A stretch of DNA of 64,000 bases, from positions 442,389 through 506,388 of the forward strand of contig OZ025709.1 of assembly GCA_964019335.1 (NCBI GenBank), written 5' to 3'. The stretch comes from Diplonema japonicum (Eukaryota; Protista; Euglenozoa: Diplonemea). Positions within the stretch are counted from its first letter, which is position 1, and every line of letters starts with the position of its first letter. Below, one piece after another: positions 24,478 to 36,536 of this stretch. Below the pieces are notes generated by a model. It was not told the origin of the DNA. It did not search any database and worked only from the letters and a program-made list of their open reading frames with translations. The position numbers and the translations under genes were made by a program.

Positions 24478-24579
24478 CTCCAGACCCCTGAGTCCCCTGA
24501 GTCCCCTCCAGATCCCTGAATATTTCAGGGGACTCCTGTCCTGTCCCCTGAGTCCCTCAAGGGTCTGGACCAACACTGC

Positions 24580-24790
24580 ATTAAGGACACAACACGGAAC
24601 ACAGAAGAAGCTACAACCCAGCTGCGGTGTGCCCCCTGTATTACGATGTGGAACGCAGAAGAAGCTACAATTCGGCCGCAGTGATTAAGGAAGTGACACG
24701 GAATACAAGAAGCTACAACTCGGCTGCGGTGATTAAGGACACGACACGGAACGCAGAAGAAGCTATAACCCGGCTGCAGTGATTAAGGAA
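24580..24790. repeat. ~49-bp minisatellite ATTAAGGACACGACACGGAACGCAGAAGAAGCTACAACCCGGCTGCGGTG
   Basis: 4-5 diverged tandem units. The same unit recurs at 20465-20550 and 23080-23140. Confidence 0.75.
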
Positions 24791-25636
24791 ATGAGGCGCA
24801 CTGCCAAGGCTACAAAGGCAGCAAACAAGACAGACAGGTAGGATGCTGCTTGCACGACGCATTTGGGTCAACATTCTCTGATGACCAAGCCGTCTTTTTC
24901 CGTTTCTTCTCCCCTTCTCTTTGTTATGTTATTTTCATTATTCTTTCTGGCGATAGACTGATACGGGCCATGGAAGCAACCTCTGCTTAATTCCTGGTAC
25001 GTGGGAGGCTCCTCTTGAGGATGTCAGTCACCTTTTCCCTTTTTTACTCGACTCTCTGTTTTCGTATGCAGTATTTATTCTTTCCCACCCCCTTTTTATC
25101 TATTTCTTCGCTTCTTCATCCTAACTTAAAACCATTTCAGTTGCCCTTTGCTCACCCCCCTTTCTTAGTTTTATTTTTGCCATTTTTAAGGCTCTTGCAA
25201 CAGAAACATAAGTTTTCCAGCAGACAGAGGGGACAGTGTGTAGGTACCCCAGAAAAGTGCCCCCCAAAAAAAAAGAAATGTCCAGAAGATATAATGTCCA
25301 GAAGAAAAAAATCACCGGATGTTTCAGCGGTCTGGGCATTATATCTTACGGTGATTTTTTGTTTAGTGGAATGAACACAGATCTTCTAAATCTGGGAATT
25401 GAGGAACAATGTCCAGAAGGAAAACCATCAAGGACATTTTTCCTTCTGGTGATTTTCGTATTACAGTATTTGAAGGAAAAAAAAAAAAAAGAAAAAAAAA
25501 AAAAAAAAAAAAAACCTCTTGTAATCAATATCTTTGTCTTGCACTTTTTAGTATTTTATGTGGCTTTTTTTGTAAGTCTTCCAAAACCCAATCCTTGGGA
25601 AAGGGAACAAAAAAAAAAGGAAAAAGAAAAGGAAAA

Positions 25637-26740
25637 ATGCACATGGTTGGGACAGTGGCCCTTGCCCTGTTCCTCTTCGAGGCTGTGCAAGGGTGTGTGA
25701 ACGATGCTGATTGCTGGATGAACGGGATGTGCAAGGGCGAGGTTTGCCAATGCACAGCAGGGTGGACAGGTGAGAACTGCACCCTGTTGAATCTCAAGCC
25801 GGCACCAGTGGTGGGGGCATATGGGTATGCACCGAACGTGACCAGCTGGGGAGGGCTCCCAACAAGGATTGACGGTAAATGGCATATTCACGTGGCAGAA
25901 ATGATCAACGGGTGCGGCCTTGCTGCTTGGAAGAAAAACAGCAGGATAGTCCATGCTGTGAGTGAGAACATGACAGGGCCTTACACACGGGAGGATGTTG
26001 CCATCCGCGACTGGGCGCACAACCCACAGCTGGCTGTCGATAACCACACGGGCACCCCAACGTACCTCCTTTTCCACATCGGCGATGGTACTCCGAACTT
26101 TCCTGAAGAATGTGGTGAGGAAACCCCTGAACCGCCTGTTCCGAGGAAGACTTCGAAGATTCTTCACACTGCAGATTCGCCGTACGGCCCGTGGGAGCCG
26201 TTTGAAGGCCTCCCACACATCAACAACCCGTCGCCGTTTCTTTTCCGAAATGGAACCATTGTGCTGACGGGTACAGAGTGGAAGATATGGAGGGCGGACA
26301 GCTGGAAGGGGCCGTGGAAGGCGAAGGATATCATTTGGGAAGGGAATGGTGGACAGGGCCGCTGGGAGGACCCCTTCATCTTCTACGAGCCGGTCATGCG
26401 CGTTTGGAAAATGATCGCACACGTGTGGCCCAACTATTCTCCAGATGAACCAGCATGCGATTACAACTACTCTCTCCGTGTTGCGGGGTTTGCTTACTCT
26501 CTTGATGGGGTGACTTGGGTGAAGTCTCCCATCCCTCCGTTCACCAACTCCGTCCCCCACACAGACGGGTCCGTCTCTCAGATGTCTACACGTGAGCGCC
26601 CAAAGCTGATTTTCGCCGTGGATGGTCATACTCCCATCGGGCTTGCTAATGGGGTGTCTTCACTCCCTGAGCCGTGGGGGTGCAAAACTAAAGCGGGAGT
26701 GGACTGGACGTACACACTTGTTGCCCCTATTGGGGAGTGA
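25637..26740 (+). CDS. Secreted EGF-like + five-bladed beta-propeller glycoside hydrolase (GH43/32/68-like)
   Basis: Signal peptide MHMVGTVALALFLFEAVQG, EGF motif CVNDADCWMNGMC..CQCTAGWTGENC, then SWGG, AHNP, WEDPF and RERPKL. Start moved to ATG 25637 because the upstream part is poly-K noise. Confidence 0.8.
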   Translation: MHMVGTVALALFLFEAVQGCVNDADCWMNGMCKGEVCQCTAGWTGENCTLLNLKPAPVVGAYGYAPNVTSWGGLPTRIDGKWHIHVAEMINGCGLAAWKKNSRIVHAVSENMTGPYTREDVAIRDWAHNPQLAVDNHTGTPTYLLFHIGDGTPNFPEECGEETPEPPVPRKTSKILHTADSPYGPWEPFEGLPHINNPSPFLFRNGTIVLTGTEWKIWRADSWKGPWKAKDIIWEGNGGQGRWEDPFIFYEPVMRVWKMIAHVWPNYSPDEPACDYNYSLRVAGFAYSLDGVTWVKSPIPPFTNSVPHTDGSVSQMSTRERPKLIFAVDGHTPIGLANGVSSLPEPWGCKTKAGVDWTYTLVAPIGE

Positions 26741-28304
26741 CAGCATGATAAGACACAAGGAGGTATTTTTATCTTTCTCGTAATGTAAATCTTTGTCTAC
26801 TCTTACTTTTCCCTTATTCTTCCAAACATGTCTCCCGCGTTTGTGGCATTCCCCCTCCCCCCTTTTTTTTTCACTACAAATTTTAGTTTTCTTTATTTTG
26901 TTTCGTAGAATAAATGGTTTTATTCGAAAGCCTCGAAAAATGATAAAAAAAAATAAAGTGCTACGAAAGACGGGGGAAAAAGATAATGGGAGATGGAACC
27001 ACTGGCCTTCTCCTCTCGTAATCTCTTTGTACCCTTTCAAACAAAAAAAAAGGGAAAAAAAAAAGGAAGAAATAATAAAAAAAAAAGAATAATAAAGCCA
27101 TTATTTAACACAAAACGCAAGAAACAAAGTGAAATCGTTGGCCTTTTAAATTGTCACGACGGCCAGAGCTTGAGAAGGAGGTTACAGTTGTTTCAAGGAA
27201 AAGGAGAAAAAAAAGAACAGAAAAGGGTGTAGTCTATCACCCCCCTCTTTTTCGCCCTGATGAACTGGACTTTCGTTATTGAACCCCCCCCCCCCCCCCC
27301 CCCACCCACCCCACCAGCTGATAAAAATGCAGACATGCACAACGAAAGAACCATGCTCTATTTGTGTGGCCTCAAAATTGTAGCTTTGAACAGCAGCGGA
27401 AGGGAAACAAGAAAAGAAGAGGAAAAAAGAGAAAAAGGTGAGCTGCTCACTTTCCCCCCCCTTTCTCTTTCTTTTTTTCTGCCTCCCCCGGATGTGTTCC
27501 TTCCTTTTGTAAATAATAAAACCGTGTGAAGGAATTGGAACCAATATTTTAGTGGCAACAACGGAGAACGAGGAAGAACATAGAAGGTAAAAGGAACAGA
27601 GTACAGTATCCTTAAAGCTAAAGTTAAAAAACTGATCTTCTTCTTCTTCTTTCTTCTTCTTTTTTTCACTTCCTTATGAAGCATTTCTTGTGTCTGTGGT
27701 TTGCCTTAGAAACAAGTACACATGAGTAGTACATCCTGTAGTGGCATGGAAGGAGCAGGAACACAGGAAGTGTCGATGGGGGTGCTGGCACTGGACTTTG
27801 AGAACGTGACCGGGAAGGCCGAGCCGTGTAACACGCACTGCGATCTATGGGGGGACGAAGAGCAGTGATGTGATGGGGTTTGAGAACAATATTTGCATCG
27901 ATGAAAAACAAATAGGCTCGGCCTAGAAGAGTTGAAGAAGCAATGGGCAAAGGAAAGAAGGGGAAATGCAGCCAAGCCGGAGGCCGGCAAGACCGAAGAA
28001 AGAGAAACCGCTGTTGAAGGAGGATACAAGTAGTGGAAGAACAAGGGGCATCTCACAATGACCTCCTTTATCTCACATACATTTATAATCACTTACTTCT
28101 AAAAAAGAAAAAAGAAAGAAAAATAAAAGAAAGGAGAACAAGAAAGAAGAAAGTCTAATCCTTTTCTTTGTCCTTTCTTCAGCCGTCTTCCTCCTCTTCG
28201 CTGCAGGCTTCATTTCACTTCTGAAGCCTTCAAGACAAGCACACAGGGAAAATAAAAAACAATGTAAAAAGCGTGTGGGGGAAAAAGAACGAAAAGAAAA
28301 GAAC

Positions 28305-28720
28305 ATGAATGGAAAAGAAAAAGAGACCAGATGAAGGGATGAACTATGACAGTGTGTTCGTGAAGACGAGAGGCGGGGTTCACAATGTGAAAGTGTCGGG
28401 AAAGGAGACGGTGGGGAGCCTGTACAAGAAGGCGGGGTGTGCTGCTGGTTTACTCGAGGGCAAGTTCAAATTGGTTTTGTAGGGACAGAGGAAGTTCAGG
28501 AACTTGGGAAACAAATATTTATTTTCCAAAGCCTCTTGTTAGTTCCGCGGTCCGGTGGGAAGGGACGAAACCGCATTGCAACGCAATCCCAAGCTGGCTT
28601 TGGCCGAACCTTGTGTACAGGTAGTGGGTAAGAGGACCCGCCGACAACAGGGATGATCACTAACAAATATTGATTCCATTGGTAATAGAGGTAATCACAT
28701 AACGAATATCTATTCCATTG
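28305..28720 (+). pseudogene. Internally deleted ubiquitin-like/LRR paralog
   Basis: Matches the 5' end of 15197-16246 and joins to sequence matching 15020-15170 (inverted). Frameshifted. Confidence 0.7.
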
Positions 28721-29134
28721 GCACAGTTTTCTTCTTCTTTCGATTCTTTCCTTTGATACAAAGATTAGCTTCATACAATACGTTTTGGTTTGTTCCCTTT
28801 TACCCCTTTAGGCGATCCTGTCACATACTGCAGGTTCCCTCCAAAGACACCTTGAGTTTTTTTTTCTTCCCCTCCTTCCCCCGGGTAATAAGTGACTTTC
28901 AGTACTCTTTTTTAGTGAACTACCCCAATAAAAAGAAAAAGAAAAAGGGAAGAGAGTTTTTAATCTTTTTTTTTTTTGTGATCAACATTAGTAGTGTAAT
29001 TCTCCCCTTCACCAATTAGTGGTGTAATCACTTTCCTTTTGAACGAATTCAATGTTTTTTTTTTTTCTTCTTCTTTTTATTTAATTCTGAGCAGCTCTCT
29101 CAAAGAATTTAGGCCGGAAGATATAAATCAGGTT

Positions 29135-30060
29135 TCACTTTATTTCACGGGCGTGAAATAAAGTATCTGATTTTTTTCCTAATGTTTTTAAGCCAAACGT
29201 TGCTGGGCGTGAAAATCAGGTACTTTATTTCACGCCCACAGTCATTTCTAGCAAAATGGGAAGAAAACCGAAGGCGACCGGGAAGCAAGCCAAGAGCATC
29301 AGCCTCGAGAAAGAGGCCAAAGCTGTGATGGAAGACACGCTTCCAACGGCAAGCAAAATAGCCTACAAGAAGGAGCCAGCATGAACCGGTATGTAAAACG
29401 CTCGGCTCAAGCAAAGAGGTCTCAGGCCGCCTACTAGGGCTGGAACAAACACAGCAGCCTGCAACGCCCCCTTCAGCCCTGCCCCTTCGACACAGCCCAC
29501 TTCTACAACAGTGCACAGAATCACGTCTGACATAAACGTCAACATCGATTCGCCGAATTGATCACCAAAACCCAGTACCGTAAAGACTCGCATTGCACCG
29601 CTACAAGCAGGCAGCAGTGAAGCCACACCTAAATTATTTTCGAGAGCAGCTCATCATTAAATAAAATGCAGTATTGAATAAAATCAGAGCATGATTTCAC
29701 TTGTGGGGTCCCCTTTTTGACTCGTTTTTTTACTTCACTCGCTTCGCTCGTGAAGTAAAATCACGTCGTCAAAAAAAAAGACCCCATGTTAAATTTACGA
29801 GAACTAGTAACTTGAAATCCCCTTGTAGCTTGTAATACCCAACCTTTTTTGCAGCCTCTCAGTTTTGATTTCTTCTTGTAACCTGTGTAACCTCCTATTA
29901 AATAAAACAACATATCAAATGAAAATAAGTGCATTATTTCACTTGTGGTGGCGGGTTTAACTCGAAATTATTACTACACTCGCTACGCTCGTGAAGTAAG
30001 ATCCTCTCTCGTTAAACCCCCTGCCACCACGCGTGAAATAATGCAATCTTAATTTCATTT
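29135..30060. mobile_element. Unclassified non-coding element with palindromic TATTTCAC..GTGAAATA motifs
   Basis: TTTATTTCACGGGCGTGAAATAAA near 29138, CACGCGTGAAATAA near 30028, and two CACTCGCT(T/A)CGCTCGTGAAGTAA copies near 29736 and 29977. Confidence 0.4.
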
Positions 30061-30068
30061 AATATATA

Positions 30069-31507
30069 CTGTAAAACGAATAATGTCGGACGGAAAAACT
30101 CCCGGACACCAAAAAAACCCGGACATTTTTCCGTCCGGGAGTTTTTCTGGGAAGAAGTTTTTTTACTTAAGGGGGGGTAACAGCTCCCACCACGTTTGCC
30201 TGGAAGGGCTTTATTCCTTGTGCAGAGCCAAAATGTTTACCCTGCGTGGCAGTTTGAATTTTTCTTCCCCTTTCAATGCACCAACAAACAGCACCCACGG
30301 GATCTTTAACTTCTCATAAACCCGCTTCTTTCGTCAAATTGACCAGTTCGACTACCCAAGGCACGTTGAGCAGCTGGCTTGTGAGGGGCCCAACTTTGGT
30401 GCTGACACCCCCGGCCAGCTCACCCCCGAGAGGTGGAGGAGATAAACTCCTTACACCGGGCCGAGAAGGCCAGTACAAACCCCTGAAAGCAGCTTGGCGG
30501 CCTCTGCCTCGGTCAGAAGACGGCAGCAACAGGTTCAACAGAGCCCCCAGTTTCTTCCAGACGGAAATACTGGACGTTGCTATTCACCCAGCAGACTTTG
30601 GTGGAGCACTGTCCTTTTCCACTGACTAGGCTGACAAAACTTTGCAGCAAGAAAGACAAAAGCAGCAAGCCACCTCCGGAAAGCCTGGAAACGAGAAGGA
30701 CAACGAGAGGGCACGCTGTTTCACCATGGAATTCAGGTCCATAATCGACACCCATAAAGTAAGGCCGGAATTGGTCTGGAATACAGGGTTAAAACTAAAA
30801 CGAAAAGGGGTGCTAAGGTCGTAAAAGTCCGTGGCTTGGGGGACAAAACGGGCTATAACCGAACAGTTGGCTGTTCCTTGGCTGGATGGGTTGCAACTTA
30901 AATACAAAGGCAAAGCGGAAACGCAACCGGCAGGGATTATCCGTGCCCCGGTCAAGCACCTGCCCGTCGAATGGAGCCTAACGGCATCGCCCAATCATTG
31001 GGCTAATTATGATACTCGGTATCTGGGTTACGGAGCTGTTTCTTCCTTTTTGCTATAAATCATTGATTCCCATGGTTTTGCCGAACGGGCCGATTCTGCT
31101 GCTTGTCGGCGACCACAACTCTCACACGACCTATGCCTATGGGTTCGTAGAGTTGTTCGCAGGCGCAAACGTGCACATTGCTTTTGTCCCCCTGGGCTCA
31201 CCTACATGGTTCAACCGATGGATATTAGGTTGAACGCAGCTGTAAAGCATCTATTAAGAAAGGTAGTAGGCCACACGAAGGCTCGACAAGCTGATTGCCT
31301 CAGGGGCAGCAAGGGAGGACAAAGATGCAGAAAGGGAACCCTGGGGGTTTCTTCGCGCGGTTGCCGTTTGCAGCCCAGGCCAGTATGTAGGTGGTAGTGG
31401 ACCAGGCCCCCTGACGGCCTTACCTAAAAAAAACTCCTGGACGGAAAAATTCCCGGACGCCAAAAAAACTCGGACATTTTTCCGTCCGGGAGTTTTTCGT
31501 TTTACAG
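30069..31507 (+). mobile_element. pogo/Tigger-like (Tc1-mariner superfamily) element with decayed DDE_1 transposase
   Basis: TA|CTGTAAAACGAA ... TTCGTTTTACAG|TA, i.e. TIRs with a TA TSD. Remnant PILLLVGDHNSH..VHIAFVPLGSPT..QPMDIRLNAAVK. Confidence 0.8.
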
Positions 31508-31570
31508 TAGTTATTTTTTATTTTTATTTTATTTATTTTTTAGGGCGCCGCCAACACCGGCCTCCTTTAA

Positions 31571-31573
<3 letters not shown>

Positions 31574-31623
<50 letters not shown>
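31574..31623. repeat. (TA)n microsatellite between two element ends
   Basis: About 24 TA units. Confidence 0.95.
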
Positions 31624-31625
<2 letters not shown>

Positions 31626-33215
31626 GTCGATTTCAAACCCCCCCCCCCCAAAATGAGGCCAATTGACACTTTCGTTGCATCTTTGGGCATGCCGCCCCCT
31701 TTAAAAAAAATTCTCCATATTTCCCGGCCCATATTAGGAAAGAACCCGGGTCAGAAATCGCTCAAGGGTGCTATTTTGACCTATGAAAAATTCAGTCTTA
31801 GGGTCAAAATCGGGTTTTAGTGGTTTTGGTAAAGTCAGAGATTATGCTTTCAATAGCAAGAAATAGCGAAACTCACTGCTAGAAGGTGGCTGAAATGATG
31901 TTGGAAGTGGAAACCTTCATTTCCTAGTCTTCTGCGGCTGAGATGTGCTGCTGCTGAGTGGGCGACCTCGTTTCTTTTTCATACTATTAGGCCTTCTACC
32001 GCATTTTGGGGGGGTTTTAAGAGGCTCATTCGTAGGTGTACTTGGTGCTTTGGGCTTGTCATGGGGTGGCGAGTATTTTCGTAATTTGGTTACTATTCTT
32101 TCTCGTTTTTCAAGTCCGGGAAGGCTATCAGGAACGTCCTCATACTCATCACAAGATTCATAGACTGGGGGCCTTTTCTCTGCCCTGTCTGCATCGAGTT
32201 CTTTGATGATGTACTTTAGTTCTTTCTAGCTCGTGGACGCACACGTAGCAAATACACCCTCCGGTGTGCTCCTGAGCTCATATGCACCTGTAAAATCCGG
32301 AAACTCAAGAATTTTCTTTTTGTACGGGCCAAAGACATCAGTAACTACATGCACGGCACACTGTATCGTATTGGTGATGTTAGCTATTTGTTCCACAGTT
32401 TTAATTGTTGTGGAACGAGGCACCCAAAACCAAAAAACACGAGAGAGCACACCAAAGTGGCTGTCCCTGTTGTTTTTGCCGTGTTTCTCCCCCAGAAACC
32501 ACAGGGAAAACGTCCGATCGGGATATACAAAACGAAGACCAAAAAGAACAAAGTAGCAAAATTCCTTTGCACGAAAGTGACGCCCACCGTCAGTCCAGAG
32601 TATCCACTCCATTTTTTTCTTTATTTTTTTCTGTGCCCATGCTACTGTGGAACAAGACTTTTCCAACAGTAAGGCCAGCTGCCCTTATTTCATCATGTGT
32701 GATGTGGTCAAGCCTCATGCCTCTGACCAATTGGCGCCGTGTGGTGTCTTGTTGGCTACTAAATCAACCAGAAAATGATAGCAGAAGTGCCGCTAGAAGT
32801 TCCCCTTTACACACTACGCCACAAACTAGTGCAGCACAGTCGTTGCCACTGAGCTTCTCAAAAACCTCTGTGGCGAGTGTCCTGATCGCCGTGGTGTTCC
32901 CATTTACCCTTTCTCGGTCCGAATACCATTTTTTTTTACCCCTAGCTTCTCAACAGCAAGTTTAAAAGCATCCATTTTTGTCACCCCCTCTTTTACTGAA
33001 TTTGTGCAAAGTGAAAAAACCCATTTTTGCCCCTAGGACTGAATTTTCTGGGTACCAGTAACACTCACTTTCCCATTTTCTGGGGTGTTTTCTTTCCTTA
33101 CCTGGGCCGGGAAAGTTGTAGAATTTTTTTTCTTTGGGAAAAAGTACTTAGAGAAATATTGAAAGTGTCAATTGGCCTCATTTTGGGGGGGGGGTTTTTT
33201 TGAAACGATGCCATA
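31622..33215 (-). mobile_element. TIR DNA transposon with truncated DDE transposase (Sola-like, tentative)
   Basis: TIR core CCCCCAAAATGAGGCCAATTGACACTTTC at both ends with TATA flanks. ORF 32226-32666 has WTDGGRHF..FLGEKHGKNNRDSHFG. Confidence 0.7.
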
Positions 33216-33566
33216 TAGACGATTTGAAAAAAAATCTTTTACGCAAAGGGCTTTCAATGCAATACGGCCCGGCCCTTTCTTGCCGGCGGGGTCCTGCGCG
33301 GAAAATATGAAAAATATAAACTAAATGCTGCCCTAACTTAACAAGAAAATGAAAAAATAAAAAAAAACGCCAGCCCAAATTTACCGAGATGAGAAACAAC
33401 TGTACAACTATTGTGTCCTTACCAACTCGGTTGAGGGTTTTATACCTAAGGTACCGAGGAGGGTGAACGAGGGGCCGAAGGCCACACCACAGCAGAAAGG
33501 TTCGATCAAGAGATAGATTGAGACTCTTCAGGCGTCCTGCCACATACCGCAGGTACCCTTAAATGT

Positions 33567-33604
<38 letters not shown>

Positions 33605-33973
33605 ACTTGTTTTTTGTACCCCCTCTCAGGCACTTCAGGAACGATATTTTTGACAATGTTGTGGGGGTGGGCCCTGCTGTGGGCACCCTCTCTCTAGAAT
33701 TGGGACATCTGGAGGCATTTCCGGGGGCATATAGCCCCGGCGTTGCGCTAGAATAGCTTTTTTTGAAGTTTTGAAAATTTACCCCCTGGTGGGCAAAAAT
33801 GGTCCGTTGGTAGATGGTTAAATAGAAAAAAAAAAAGAAAAAAAAAGGGGGAAAAAAGGAAAGAAATAAATATAAAGGTGCACAATTGCTCAAGCCGACG
33901 AAAGCACAAACGTCTCAACACAATAATATTTCAGGGGGAGAATCGAGGATCGAAGAAGAAAAAAAAAGGGAAA

Positions 33974-34660
33974 ATGAGCATCACAGTGTTTGTGAAGACG
34001 AAAGCTGGGGTGGCACAATGTGGAAGTGGCAGGGGCGGAGACAATTAGGATTCTGTACAAGAAGGCGGGGTGTGCTGCTGGTTTACTCGAAGGCAAGTTC
34101 AAATTGGTTTGGGAGGGAGAGGTCCTGGACAAGAACAGGGGTGAGGAAGTTCAGGAACTTGGGCTCATGGAGGGCAGCGTGGTCCATGTGGAGGCGAAGT
34201 TGAGAACCGTTCAGCTGGAGGAGCTTAAGAGCTCAGATGTGGTTTCGGAGCTTGAGGGGCTTGTGTCAGCTGACCCTGAGCTGGTTCTGGTGGTGGAGGT
34301 GGGGGACTCGCCAGCTGTCGAAGTCTTGTCCATGAGCAGCAGTGACCTTCCTTCTGGACTTCGGTTACTCGTTGTCACCGACCCCACAGGCCGAGTTGAT
34401 AATGCTTTTCTTCAACATTGTGAACACCTGACGACTGCTGATCTCATCCTCTCCAATGCTTCTACCATTGGTGATAGTTTCTTGTCCAGGTGCGAAAACC
34501 TAGAAACCATCTATTTGAATGCGATGACCCATATTTATTCCATTGGTGATAGCTTCTTGTGTAGGTAGAAACCATTGTGATGATACTCGTTCCGTTCTTG
34601 TCGAGGTGCGAAAAACTAGAAACTATCGACTTGAGTGCAATGACCAATCCTTATTGGGCC
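33974..34660 (+). pseudogene. Ubiquitin-like/LRR paralog, frameshifted
   Basis: ATG 33974 MSITVFVKTK is out of frame with the 34020-34568 body, and there is a stop after the second LRR. Confidence 0.75.
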
Positions 34661-34828
34661 AAGATTTTTCCGAAGCCGTATAGGGGGATTTTTAACATGC
34701 CAAGTAGTGCCAAGATTTTTTTATTAAGGACACGACTAGGAACGCAGAAGAAGCTACTTCTCGGCCGGGGGGTGCCCCCTGTAATCAAGTAGATAGTTCG
34801 TGCTTCGTTGCATGCTTAACACCATCTA

Positions 34829-35585
34829 AAAGGAAAAGGGCAGTGCCCCACCAAAGTCTACCAGGTCTGTCTTTCGGGCTGGATTGGCGCACAGCAGCCC
34901 TTCTGCATAGGTGCATATTTGTTGTGCTGGGATAGGCTCACCAAGCCCGTTTACCTATCGACTCAAGCAAAAATCTTTCAGCCCCCGAAGGATGCTAAAT
35001 CCCGTGTTGGGCGATACGCTGCTATCACGGCGTCGCGGCGGCCAGGGTGTGGTAGGGTGGAATAGCAACGTCCAGTATTTCCGTCTGGAAGAAACCGGGG
35101 GCTCTGTTGAACCTGTTGCTGCCGTCTTCTGACCGAGGCAGAGGCCGCCAAGCTGCTTTCGGGGGTTTGTACTGGCCCGGTGTAAGGAGTTTATCTCCTC
35201 CACCTCTCGGGGGTGAGCTGGCCGGGGGTGTCAGCACCAAAGTTGGGCCCCTCACAAGCCAGCTGCTCAACGTGCCTTGGGTAGTCGAACTGGTCAATCT
35301 GACGAAAGTAGTACGGGTTTATGAGAAGTTAAAGATCCCGTGGGTGCTGTTTGTTGGTGCATTGAAAGGGGAAGAAAAATTCAAACTGCCACGCAGGGTG
35401 ACATTTTGGCTCTGCACAAGGAATAAAGCCCTTCCAGGCAAACGTGGTGGGAGCTGCTACCCCCCTTAAGTAAAAAAAACTTCTTCCCAGAAAAACTCCC
35501 GGACGGAAAAATGTCCGGGTTTTTTTTGGTGTCCGGGAGTTTTTCCGTCCGAGAATTTTTCCGTCCGACATTATTCGTTTTACAG
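34829..35585 (-). mobile_element. Partial second copy of the pogo-like element
   Basis: Inverted match to 30069-30625 including the TIR (TTCGTTTTACAG|TA at 35585), with extra internal sequence at ~34865-35058. Confidence 0.8.
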
Positions 35586-36536
35586 TATTTTTTTTTTTTT
35601 TGCATGGACATTGATATCATATTATTTCCCCCGTTCCCCTTCTTTCTCCCTTTCCTCCTCCCTCCTGGTTAATAAGTTATAGTTCTTATTGTTAAGTTCG
35701 GGAAAAACCCAACTGTTTTTGACACAAGTCACAGCATGTATTTCCGGTCGCTGGAGAAGTGTTTGATTTACATACACATCTTAATGTGAATAGATAGCAT
35801 ACTGTGAACATCTTCTGTATTGGATGGTAGGGTTTTGCATGCTGTTGATAGTTCCAATTAATTTTGAATTGAAGTTATTCTATTCACTCTTCTGAAATTA
35901 CTTTGCACTTGGGGGCTCTAAAATTCAGACCTATCCCACACGCGAAATGGTTCAATTCTGATGGTGATTCTACAAAACTTGATCAGTTCCAGAGCGAGGA
36001 TTGCATCATAAGACTTGACAAATTAAAACCTGAAGTCAGTCTGTGGCAGGCTATAGGTTACCCATCCCTTTCACGTGCCCATATTCTGAATCACGAGTGG
36101 CGGTGTAAAGAACTCAGTTTTATAATGCATGAAGCTACTTTCTAAGGCTCTGGTACTCAAGGCGAATCCGATACTTGCCACCTGAAATTTGATTACTTTT
36201 TTATGTCCTTCATATGAGGAGTCTGGTACAATGGACGGATTCCAGTCATTAAGGTAGTGAACTACACGGAACACATGTGAAGTTGACATGCCCTCATAGA
36301 AGAGCCCTTATCACATCTTACTTGTGCAAATGTCTGACAATCCTTGAAGCTTGAACGTGATCCAAAGTTGCTTGCCAGAAAAGGTGTATCTACATCTCCA
36401 GAAGCACCTAAGTTTGACAATGATTGACAGATAGTTGCAGTGGGAAGAGACAGTGGCACTGTAAGGGACTACAATAGGCACCATCTACTAGACACGTTGT
36501 GCATAGAAAGTTATACTTTACCTTTTAATTTTATGC

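Larger units (their letters stand above)
17834..24578 (+). mobile_element. hAT-like DNA transposon with long (~270 bp) TIRs beginning CAGTGTTGG
   Basis: Left arm 17834-18100. The right arm is split into 22560-22744 and 24478-24578 by a nested insertion. Contains a decayed transposase. No clear target-site duplication (TSD). Confidence 0.75.

Noticed and set aside
24580-24790. CRISPR-like array (also the 75-bp repeats at 15200-15720 and the units at 60519-60790)
   Set aside because: No unique spacers, no cas genes, eukaryotic context. These are minisatellites or coding repeats.
35690-36530. Compositionally distinct stretch with short ORFs
   Set aside because: No motif or consistent frame could be recognised.
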